A stretch of 64,000 nucleotides of DNA from a virus. The DNA is taken from the IMG/VR virus record IMGVR_UViG_3300021519_000916, positions 64,001 through 128,000 of that record; one strand, given 5' to 3'. Every line of letters begins with the position of its first letter. Position 1 is the first letter of the stretch. A model generated the notes under the pieces. That model ran no database searches. It worked only from the letters and a program-made list of their open reading frames with translations, and had not been told where the DNA came from. Below are positions 55,987 through 64,000 of this stretch, piece by piece. The translations under genes were made by a program, and so were the position numbers.

Positions 55987-56888
55987 TCTCTAGCCATTGG
56001 CCCTTTATTTTGAAAGTTTGATTTGTAATGGTGCTTAAAAAATCGACTTTCATCTGGATCCATGTCCACAATAGGTAATCCCAATCGTGTGCGTAATGTG
56101 TCGCCAACATTCTTACATTGATCTGGACCATCTTGTTCAAACGATTTCCATAATAGAGCAAGAGTATCAAAGTCTTGTACTCGTTTATAATCCCAACCTT
56201 CTAACATAATCATAAACGTACCAAGTCGTGCGCCGTATATGGCCCAGAATCCATTTGGGTTATCGGCGCCGACTGTCTGCCAAATGCATAAATTATCGTA
56301 GTTACGATTGTTAATACGCTTTTCAAATTCTATTAAGGTTGGTTTAACTCCGCGGTCAAGACACATCTTAACTCCCTCGCGGAATCCTGCTCGCCATGCT
56401 TGGAATGGTGTGGCGTCTGGATATGTTGTGCTATAGCAATCGGCCATAGACCAGTAGTTAGGGTAAAAACAAAACTCTACGTCGTTAGCGGCATCACCAT
56501 CGGATGCTTCGTGTGTACACATATTGTTGACAAATTCTTTAGTCCAACAGCTCATACCACCGTTACCGTACATTAGTCCGTTAATAGCGTTACGAGCCCT
56601 CCAACGAAAAACGCAAGAGTTATTAGTATTGTCAAGGGCCAGTTGTAAATTGAAAAACTCAGGATCTGGAACATTGTCGCCATCAACAAGAATAAAGCGG
56701 TCTGTATCACTAGCGTTTGCAGCCGCTTTGTGAGCGGCGTCACTTCCTTTAACTCCGTCCACTCGCTTGGCCCACGGGACCATGTTTTGGATTTTAATCC
56801 AGTTTGTTTCTTTGTTTGGTTCGTCATAAGTTAAGTATATGCAGTCTAAATCCGCAACATCAATTATTTCTGTAGGCATAATGTTCAA
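55983..56888 (-). CDS. GT-A fold glycosyltransferase-like protein
   Basis: IYLTYDEP, GVKG..AAH..AA, FILVDGD (DxD), YGNGG. Confidence 0.7.
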   Translation of the reverse strand: MNIMPTEIIDVADLDCIYLTYDEPNKETNWIKIQNMVPWAKRVDGVKGSDAAHKAAANASDTDRFILVDGDNVPDPEFFNLQLALDNTNNSCVFRWRARNAINGLMYGNGGMSCWTKEFVNNMCTHEASDGDAANDVEFCFYPNYWSMADCYSTTYPDATPFQAWRAGFREGVKMCLDRGVKPTLIEFEKRINNRNYDNLCIWQTVGADNPNGFWAIYGARLGTFMIMLEGWDYKRVQDFDTLALLWKSFEQDGPDQCKNVGDTLRTRLGLPIVDMDPDESRFFKHHYKSNFQNKGPMARE

Positions 56889-57228
56889 TCTCGTTATATG
56901 TTTCTGTTTCTTCTAATAGCAACCCTGCATGGTTTTTTACTACGGTGTGACCATCGGTTGCCAGTATTAATTTAGTTAGGTATCCAGCATCTATTTCAAT
57001 TTTGTTAAGTTTTCCATTTACAATTTCATATTGAAAATAGTTATCGTATGTGAGTTTATCAACAATTAAATACTGCCCAGCTTCCGGGTGATTGGACATA
57101 CTACAACTAGTTATTTCGTTTAGTTCGTTGTAGTATATTCTGTATTCAAATGTTACTGGAATAATTGGCTTGGTTAGGGCATCAACTTCTGCCCAAAATT
57201 TAAGTTCTTCGGGATTCATAATATTCAA
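56860..57228 (-). CDS. Hypothetical protein
   Basis: Overlapping ORF in operon; EYRIYY. Confidence 0.7.
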   Translation of the reverse strand: MNIMNPEELKFWAEVDALTKPIIPVTFEYRIYYNELNEITSCSMSNHPEAGQYLIVDKLTYDNYFQYEIVNGKLNKIEIDAGYLTKLILATDGHTVVKNHAGLLLEETETYNEIEHYAYRNN

Positions 57229-58048
57229 TTAGTTCTTTGGTGGCATACGTTTTATCATAATAGTGTACAGGATCATATTGGTTTATATTATTAATTCTAA
57301 TAATATCTCCGTCTCTTTCGCTCATAACAGTTTTTAACCAACTACGTGAATCACTCCATCCTTGTATTCCAGACTTCATATGAACAAAGTTTATAAAATC
57401 TATACTGGGTGCGGTGCATGTTTCCTCACCAACTAATAATGCAGTGATAGCATACAATACATCTGTGCTCGGAGTATCTTCTCTACAATTCTTTAATGTA
57501 TCTTTAATATTGTACCAATTATTAAATACATGTTTTGCTGTGTTAAAAAAAGTAAAGGCTTCTTGACTATATCTAAAATACATTAATCCATTGTACACAT
57601 CCGGCAAATTATTATCATCAAAGAATTTTCTATATTTTCGTACATCAGACAACTGTTGACGATAATTCTTTGTGCCGGTGCTTAGACAAACATTTTTTAA
57701 TCTAAACGCATTCCACCAATGATCAATACTGCGAGTAAACAACAAATCACTTTCTAACTTTATAGTTTCTTTAAAAGGTGTAAGCCAGAAAACTTGATAT
57801 TCGTTAGCCAACTTCCAATTACTGGAAGACTCATTATTATCACTGGGTAAATCAATAATATAATCAAACACATTATTATGACGTTCATTTATTTTTTCCT
57901 TTGTTACTGCATCCACTATTACTGCACACGAATTGTATTTCTGTGTGGCTTTAATATTTAGAGCCTGTAAGTATGCAAGTTCTAAATAATCAACTTCTTT
58001 GGTATTTTGTGCCAGGGTAACAAACCCTCTTTGTTCTTTATGATTCAC
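57200..58048 (-). CDS. GT8-like glycosyltransferase
   Basis: YL.LA...A..IK, TPFKETIKLESD, FVHMK, HY..K. Confidence 0.65.
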   Translation of the reverse strand: MNHKEQRGFVTLAQNTKEVDYLELAYLQALNIKATQKYNSCAVIVDAVTKEKINERHNNVFDYIIDLPSDNNESSSNWKLANEYQVFWLTPFKETIKLESDLLFTRSIDHWWNAFRLKNVCLSTGTKNYRQQLSDVRKYRKFFDDNNLPDVYNGLMYFRYSQEAFTFFNTAKHVFNNWYNIKDTLKNCREDTPSTDVLYAITALLVGEETCTAPSIDFINFVHMKSGIQGWSDSRSWLKTVMSERDGDIIRINNINQYDPVHYYDKTYATKELIEYYESRRT

Positions 58049-58880
58049 AATGTTGATCTACTAATTGTTTGAAACTATCTGTTACTAGATAATTTTTATC
58101 CAGTATATGTAAATTTTGTTCCGCAACAACGGTCGTTAAGGGCCATTTATCGGTTGGCCCTTTGACATGGTTAATTTTTAAAAAGTTACCAAACGGCACA
58201 ATACTTTCTATATCGTGATATACACTGAACATGCTCCACGGAATACCGTGTTCCTCGTTTAATGAATACCCACTTAACATATTATTGGCAATCGTAAAAG
58301 CAAAATCGTTTCTAAAATTCCCCTTACTAATATTATACAATGACCTATAATAATTATAATTCCGTTGTACTCTACCCACCAAGTCAAATAACATTTTTGC
58401 ACGTTCTGTTTTTCTAAACAACACAACTGTGGCCCAAATAAATGGCAATCCAGTTTCGCCCATTACATCTGTACTGAGACCATTATTTGTTGTGTTGTTG
58501 TGCATTAGTTTATAATCAAAGTCTGTTGAAAATAACTTTAATAAACTATCATCAAACACAAGATAATCAGTATCTAATAAAATTGTTTCATCGTACGGAC
58601 TAAGTTCATATGCTAGATATCTACCAAAGTTTCGCCACGGTACCTGTACATAGCCAATGGTAATACGTGTATTGGCTGTTTTATCTGCTGTAATTCTAAT
58701 TACTTGATCATAGTTAAATGTAGGCGTTGCATCTAAATCAGTAATCAATGTAATTGGTAATTTTAAATTTTGTGCAATTAGCCTACTGGAGTAATCTGCT
58801 ATACCAACATAATCAACGCTGGTATTAAACGCAAATACAACTACACCTCTAGACTTTGCGGATTTTTTTAAGTTCGGCAT
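58038..58880 (-). CDS. GT8-like glycosyltransferase
   Basis: SPYDETILLDTD (DxD), WATVV.F, RND.AF, H..DK. Confidence 0.65.
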   Translation of the reverse strand: MPNLKKSAKSRGVVVFAFNTSVDYVGIADYSSRLIAQNLKLPITLITDLDATPTFNYDQVIRITADKTANTRITIGYVQVPWRNFGRYLAYELSPYDETILLDTDYLVFDDSLLKLFSTDFDYKLMHNNTTNNGLSTDVMGETGLPFIWATVVLFRKTERAKMLFDLVGRVQRNYNYYRSLYNISKGNFRNDFAFTIANNMLSGYSLNEEHGIPWSMFSVYHDIESIVPFGNFLKINHVKGPTDKWPLTTVVAEQNLHILDKNYLVTDSFKQLVDQHCES

Positions 58881-59163
58881 GTTGTTGGTGCCAGGTATTC
58901 ATCACCTGTTGATAATGTTGTTGTGCTTGAATTAAAAATACTTGTGCATCAACTTGAATAGGATTTTGATATGTGTCTTCTAAGTATAAATCGCTAATTG
59001 GCCAAGTTGAAACAAATGCTAGTAGCTCCGGAGTTATTTTAAATAGTCCGCCATTGTGTGCAAAATGCAAATCCGTTTGGATTTTTTCTCTCAAGATACG
59101 TTTGTTTGCTTGATAGTCAGTGGCGCGACGAATTTCGGTTGTAAGAGTTTCTATTTCGGTCAT
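58849..59163 (-). CDS. Hypothetical protein
   Basis: First gene after the 59194-59222 promoter; NGGLF.ITPEL. Confidence 0.7.
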   Translation of the reverse strand: MTEIETLTTEIRRATDYQANKRILREKIQTDLHFAHNGGLFKITPELLAFVSTWPISDLYLEDTYQNPIQVDAQVFLIQAQQHYQQVMNTWHQQHAELKKIRKV

Positions 59164-59171
59164 GTGATAGT

Positions 59172-59210
59172 AAAAGAAAAGGTGTAGATAGTTAGTATAC
59201 TATCATACAC
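59172..59210 (-). terminator. Rho-independent terminator after virion gene
   Basis: Minus strand GGTGTA(T)GATAG-loop-CTATCTACACC followed by TTTTCTTTT. Confidence 0.65.
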
Positions 59211-59222
59211 CCCGGATGTCAA
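59194..59222 (-). promoter_or_regulatory. Sigma70 promoter of the glycan-tailoring operon, overlapping the terminator
   Basis: Minus strand TTGACA-17 nt-TATACT. Confidence 0.65.
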
Positions 59223-59235
59223 CCAGCTATTGCTA

Positions 59236-60144
59236 TTAGCTAATAGTCGGAGTTCCCCAAGTATTACTTAGGTTTGTTGATTCTGGAGGAATGATGTCAA
59301 TTCGATGATTCCACGTCACGTTAATGGCTTTGTTACCAAAATCTGATTGTAGCGCACCAGAGTATACAACAAAATCAAGATATATAACACCACCTGGGTT
59401 TGCGTCTGATCGTAGATTACAATATACATAGTCACCACTATATGGATAACCTGTGCTGGTAACTTGTACTGCTGTTTGCCCACTTGTAGTTAGATTGTAA
59501 TAGCCAAGTGCTGTATTGTTAGTATTTAATGTGCCAAGCGTTCCTGACCGACCATCGTTGGCATTATGGCGTAGGCCCGTTAAATTAGCAAAGTTTGTAC
59601 CAATTACTGTCACCCAGTCTGCTGAACGGCCTTGGCCGTTATTATTTGCAACACTGGTTGTGATAAAATTTAAATATCCACCTGCATTAAAAAAATACCT
59701 AGCAGCATTTGCACTACCAAACGTAATAGTTCTAGTAAAAGACCAAGTTTGAGCGGCCGCTGTTGAGACCGATGTAAAATTTGGACTGTATGTGCCGCCA
59801 GTGATCGTTGTTCCTTGTCCCGCGGCTTTGTTAAGTCTATTGGTATATGCTGTATTAACTGCTGTAGCTAAAGTTGCCAAGTAGTTAATAGTCGACCCTG
59901 CTGTTGTTGCGCTAATGCCCGATCCAGCACCAGATTGGTGTACTAAAATACTGTTTAATGTATTAATTAATGTAGCCCATTGCGTAGCCGTTACCGTTCC
60001 GCCAGCAGAAACCGTACTTAATGCAGTCTGGCCATACCCAGCATTGCCTGTTCCAGATGCCCAAACGGTATTCAGTTGGTTTGATCCGTTTAGAAAATTG
60101 TTATAGTCAGTGGCTTCAATTAAGCCAGCCGATGAATATGCCAT
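59236..60144 (-). CDS. Virion structural protein (tail fibre/baseplate-associated)
   Basis: G/S/T/N-rich; GYGQT and ARYFFNAGG; adjacent to fibre genes. Confidence 0.7.
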   Translation of the reverse strand: MAYSSAGLIEATDYNNFLNGSNQLNTVWASGTGNAGYGQTALSTVSAGGTVTATQWATLINTLNSILVHQSGAGSGISATTAGSTINYLATLATAVNTAYTNRLNKAAGQGTTITGGTYSPNFTSVSTAAAQTWSFTRTITFGSANAARYFFNAGGYLNFITTSVANNNGQGRSADWVTVIGTNFANLTGLRHNANDGRSGTLGTLNTNNTALGYYNLTTSGQTAVQVTSTGYPYSGDYVYCNLRSDANPGGVIYLDFVVYSGALQSDFGNKAINVTWNHRIDIIPPESTNLSNTWGTPTIS

Positions 60145-60176
60145 GTTCGTATCCTGTTAATAAGTGTTACTATTAC

Positions 60177-62207
60177 TTATGACGTTAATTTACTCTTAAT
60201 GTCATTTAATTCCATTCGTAATTCTTTGATAGCTTCGACGATCAACGGAGCAAAACGCTCATACTGTACAGTCAAGTACCGATCGTCAATTGGAGCTGGT
60301 TTAACAATCTCAGGTGCTACTAATTGTGTGCTTTGGGCGCTGATACCCATTTCACGTTGAACAGTATAGCCCAAATCTTGTGCAGTTTGATTAGCTTCGT
60401 AGTAAAAACCTTCTAAACTACATATTTTGTCCAGTGCATTTTCAATTTTACCCAAACGAGTTTTTAGTCTATCATCTGAGTAGTACGCTGTAATATTGTT
60501 TGTGGCACGTATTTCGCCGGCGGTACCCGAAGCAGCCGTACCAACACCAAGACTTGATAATTGTGTACTTGCAAACTGCACAGCGGAACTTGTGCTGACT
60601 GCTTGCCCAATGCTAAAAGTTACTGCACCTGTTGCGCCTGACACGCTAACACCAGTACCAGCTACAGCACTTGATACAAAATTACCGCTTGCATTATAAC
60701 TACCACCCAACGATACTGCTGTACCATTAATGGTGATACTGCTATTTGTTAAGGCGCTGTTTGGAATGCTACTAAAATTAGTTCCGGCAAATGTTGGGCT
60801 TGCACCGCTCGCAACACTTTGGTTAAATGTTAAACCACCATTGATTGTAACGTTGCCGCTACCCGGTAAAAGTATAAAATTAGATGCATTATTTACACCA
60901 GTACCACCAAATGATGGTTGAACGGCATTGCCTCTCCATGTTCCACTACTAATTAGGCCAACACTGGTTAAACTAGACGCTGTTGTTAAGTTTGGCTGAG
61001 ATGCTGTGCTTAGTGTACCAGTTAGTGTAGCACCTGTATTACCAATTGTGCCAGCTTGTACTGTACTTGCAATTACTCCCTGCGTTGCATTTACTGTTGT
61101 TGCTATTGATGTTACTACATTTGACGTAGTAGCGGTTAAGGTTGAAAATGCACCAGTACTTGGCCCAATGTTACCAATTGGTGTGTAATTAATTGAGCTA
61201 AAACTTGCGCTACCACCAAGTGTAGCAATTGTGGATCCGTTATACGAAGCATATCCGGTTAATGATGTATTACCGTTTGTACTTAAATTGTAAACATTAC
61301 CTAGTGTAGTGATGTTTGGCTGTGACGCTGTTAATATTGTACCACTAAAGCCGGCTTGTGCAGTAATACCACCTGTAGAGGTCATTGCTGCAGCCACTAA
61401 CGTTGATGTGTTTATAGTTGTTGCTACCACGTTGCCGGCCACGGAGCCACTCAATGCGCCGTTTATAAATGGTGCATTAATTGTACCAGCAGTAAGTAAT
61501 GTTGCGTTGAGTGTTGTTGCGTTAATAGCCCCAGAAGGATCACGTTGTACCAATGTGCTGGCAGTTGCATTAATATCTTGTGTGCTTATGCCCCAGGCCG
61601 GAGATTCAATTGTACTAAAATTTAAACCTGCCTTAATTGTACTGAAACCCGGTAAATTACATGAAAAAGTATCCTTACTAAGGATAGCATATATTTTACC
61701 ACTAAATCTAAATTGTATAACAATGTGGCTGGCATTAATTTCACTAGACGAACTATCTGCCATCAGGGCCGGAACAGCGCCGGTGTCACCTGTTGCTGGA
61801 GTCGCAACTGGACCAACTGTAATCCACTGACTGCCGGAGTAAACTTTAAGTTGCGTGTTAGATGTATCAAACCAAAGGTCGCCACCAATTGTACTTAGGT
61901 CGCCCGGAGGAGAGCTAAATGGTGCGCTGGTTGCGCCAGTTGAAATTTTCCAACTTGTACCCGAATATACTTTTAATATATTGTTTATGGTATCCCACCA
62001 TAATTGTCCCTTTAGGGGATTTGCTGGACCCGAAGTGTTAGCAAAATTCTCCAACATTTTAACAAAGTTTTCAGCAATAAATTGGCCATACCCAGCATAA
62101 TTTTTACCAACTAGTACTATACTGGTATGAGAGGTATCAACTTTCCCATCCGACAGCCCGCCTGGTATTAATGTGCTTCCGTTAGTTAAGTTAATTGTAT
62201 AAGACAT
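60177..62207 (-). CDS. Tail fibre protein with C-terminal intramolecular chaperone (peptidase S74) domain
   Basis: LVGKNYAGYG..ENF..LENFA N-terminus; YSDDRLK...G.SAQ...PE...LIVEAIKEL C-terminus. Confidence 0.85.
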   Translation of the reverse strand: MSYTINLTNGSTLIPGGLSDGKVDTSHTSIVLVGKNYAGYGQFIAENFVKMLENFANTSGPANPLKGQLWWDTINNILKVYSGTSWKISTGATSAPFSSPPGDLSTIGGDLWFDTSNTQLKVYSGSQWITVGPVATPATGDTGAVPALMADSSSSEINASHIVIQFRFSGKIYAILSKDTFSCNLPGFSTIKAGLNFSTIESPAWGISTQDINATASTLVQRDPSGAINATTLNATLLTAGTINAPFINGALSGSVAGNVVATTINTSTLVAAAMTSTGGITAQAGFSGTILTASQPNITTLGNVYNLSTNGNTSLTGYASYNGSTIATLGGSASFSSINYTPIGNIGPSTGAFSTLTATTSNVVTSIATTVNATQGVIASTVQAGTIGNTGATLTGTLSTASQPNLTTASSLTSVGLISSGTWRGNAVQPSFGGTGVNNASNFILLPGSGNVTINGGLTFNQSVASGASPTFAGTNFSSIPNSALTNSSITINGTAVSLGGSYNASGNFVSSAVAGTGVSVSGATGAVTFSIGQAVSTSSAVQFASTQLSSLGVGTAASGTAGEIRATNNITAYYSDDRLKTRLGKIENALDKICSLEGFYYEANQTAQDLGYTVQREMGISAQSTQLVAPEIVKPAPIDDRYLTVQYERFAPLIVEAIKELRMELNDIKSKLTS

Positions 62208-62227
62208 ATTTTATATTTATTTTTAAG

Positions 62228-64000
62228 TTAAGCTATCTTTTGTATGTAGCATAATGCATAGTATGGTGGGCGATTTTCGTGCGGCTGATCATCACCAGTT
62301 GAATTTGATACATCCGAAATACTTATAGTGTGACGGTGATCACTTACGCCATCCATTGATACCCCAGTGCCAATGTTACCTGTTGTAAATGTAGTGCCTG
62401 ATCCATTTGCTACGTTACCTGTTGATTGTCTAAACAGTCCCGGTATTGTTGTGTCGATTACTTGTCCAGTAGTGTGTTTGTGTCCCGGGTCGCGCAATAC
62501 GTGATTGTGTGAGCCTGCTAGTGCTGTATTACCTGTGATTGTAAAGGTATGTGCGTGTGATGGTATTTGTGTTGAGTTCAATGTTACTGTATTTAAACCA
62601 CCAGTTGAACCCACTGGGTATGCAGCACCTGCGCCAACAATAAATAAATCTCGTAAATCTGGTACACCGCTCTCACCATTACATAATTGCCAGCCCGCTG
62701 GAATATTAACAGTTAATCCGCCCCACATTACAATCATGCCTGTTGGCATAACTGAATGCACAAATGCTGTTGTTGCCAGGGTAGTATTTCTAGTAGTCAC
62801 TGCTTGTGTTGTTGCTGTAGCCGATGTTAATGTTACTGCGTTTGCTGTAACATTACTCATTGTAACATTGTTGATATTTGCACTGGTAATTAATGCATTA
62901 CCTGTTGAAAAGTTTGTACCAAATAAGTTAACAAATGTACCAATAGCATTAGTAGTAGAACCACTGGAAATAACCAAATTGGCCACGCTTAAATTAGTAA
63001 AGCTACCTGTAGTGGCTTGGAATGTTGTTATACCTGTTATGTTGCCGCCGGTTATTCTAGCATTGCTAGAAACTATATTACCGGTAGTTATAATATTAGA
63101 TGATATAATTCCTATATTTGACGTAACTGCTGTTAAATTTGCTATTCCGATCATTGCTCCGCCGGTTATTTGTGCATTGGCTGTTACCAATGTACCAGCA
63201 GATGTAAATACTGTGTTTAAGTTTGTAATGCCAGTTATTGTTCCGCCAGTTATTGTAGCATTACCGGAATATAAATTTGTAACAGTAGATGTATCGGCTG
63301 TTAAATTTGATACACCAGTTATTGTTCCGCCAGTTATTGTAGCATTGCCGGAATATAAATTTGTAATAGACGCAGCTGTTGCTGATAAACTTGTTGTTGT
63401 TACTACCCCGGTTATTGTACCCGCTGTCACTGTAGTTGCTGTAACATTTCCAGTTACGTTACCTATTAATGTGCCACGTAATGTAGTGGCAACAACGTTT
63501 CCGGTTACATCACCAGTAAGGCGCCCTGTTACATCACCGACAATGTTTGTGTTTAACAACGAGTTACTAATAGAATTGTTTAATGTAATTCCAGAATTAA
63601 TTGTCGGGAATCCAGAAATTGGTGTTGCTGGTTGAAATGCTGTGTCATTATTAAATGTTGCTAAAATAATGTTTCCAAATTGGAGTTGGATTATGTCGTG
63701 TGTTATACTACTAGTAACACCATCAGTTACTGTTACTGGAATGGCACCACTAATGCCTTGTTGTTTTGTGTATCCGGGGCCAATTAATTTATATGCTCCG
63801 TTGTCAAATAAGAAAGTTTGATTCGTCCCTGTATTAAACCAAATATCACCTGTTTTTGATTGTACTGGTTGTGTTCCAGAATTTGTAACTCCAGCTACTG
63901 GTAAGTATCCCTGATTTGTGTACACGTTTAACGTTTGTGTACTCTTGTTAAACCAAAGTTGTCCCTGTAAACTGGTACCAAGTGGTGTTGAATTTGATGC
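62228..64000 (-). CDS. Tail fibre/baseplate-type protein with tail-collar-like C-terminus (5' end beyond the window)
   Basis: Frame open to 64000 (…SLQGQLWFNK…); GMIVMWGG..IPAGWQLCNG..PDLRD, HxH repeats, PPYYALCYI. Confidence 0.85.
   Translation of the reverse strand, partial: ASNSTPLGTSLQGQLWFNKSTQTLNVYTNQGYLPVAGVTNSGTQPVQSKTGDIWFNTGTNQTFLFDNGAYKLIGPGYTKQQGISGAIPVTVTDGVTSSITHDIIQLQFGNIILATFNNDTAFQPATPISGFPTINSGITLNNSISNSLLNTNIVGDVTGRLTGDVTGNVVATTLRGTLIGNVTGNVTATTVTAGTITGVVTTTSLSATAASITNLYSGNATITGGTITGVSNLTADTSTVTNLYSGNATITGGTITGITNLNTVFTSAGTLVTANAQITGGAMIGIANLTAVTSNIGIISSNIITTGNIVSSNARITGGNITGITTFQATTGSFTNLSVANLVISSGSTTNAIGTFVNLFGTNFSTGNALITSANINNVTMSNVTANAVTLTSATATTQAVTTRNTTLATTAFVHSVMPTGMIVMWGGLTVNIPAGWQLCNGESGVPDLRDLFIVGAGAAYPVGSTGGLNTVTLNSTQIPSHAHTFTITGNTALAGSHNHVLRDPGHKHTTGQVIDTTIPGLFRQSTGNVANGSGTTFTTGNIGTGVSMDGVSDHRHTISISDVSNSTGDDQPHENRPPYYALCYIQKIA
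63231..63366. repeat. Intragenic direct repeat (52 bp x2, period 84 bp)
   Basis: 63231-63282 and 63315-63366 differ at one base; encode TNLYSGNATITGGTITG. Confidence 0.85.

Noticed and set aside
62505-63635. 376-aa plus-strand ORF, and similar ones at 60496-62100
   Set aside because: Antisense shadows of Thr/Gly/Asn-rich fibre genes; V/P/A-rich with no motifs or RBS.
1-64000. Stop-codon reassignment, tRNA genes, integrase or transposase
   Set aside because: Genes are full length in the standard code and end in all three stop codons; no cloverleaf or recombinase motifs were seen, though no tRNA scan was run.

Overview
A 64-kb segment of a large, AT-rich tailed dsDNA phage with T4-like replication genes (RNase H, dihydrofolate reductase, thyA, probable sliding-clamp end) and virion fibre genes. 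The host is probably a proteobacterium, inferred from sigma70 promoters, IHF sites, a lipobox and ADP-heptose genes. From left to right: (1) 0.7-17.2 kb is a dispersed 7-deazaguanine DNA-modification locus (TGT/DpdA-like transglycosylase, QueD-like DpdL, folE, queD, queE, but no queC or queF in the window), interleaved with a GT-B glycosyltransferase, galE, ADP-heptose enzymes, a PRTase and a MazG-like protein. (2) 17-24.7 kb holds RNase H, small phage genes and a SleB-like hydrolase. (3) 24.8-28.8 kb is an accessory nuclease/methylase island. (4) 28.8-33.4 kb holds early-type genes behind repeated promoters plus a MoxR AAA+/vWA pair. (5) 33.4-39 kb holds small genes, DHFR, thyA and NDP-sugar enzymes. 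(6) 39-59 kb is a mostly minus-strand glycan-tailoring supercluster (glycosyltransferase-like proteins, six radical SAM enzymes, SGNH proteins, carbamoyltransferase, APS kinase) lying downstream of (7) three tail-fibre/virion genes. The most striking unannotated signal is a preQ1-I-like riboswitch with a complete ON/OFF expression platform in the 5' UTR of phage queD, suggesting that the phage feedback-regulates its own deazaguanine pathway. All calls are from motif reading; no database searches or folding programs were run.
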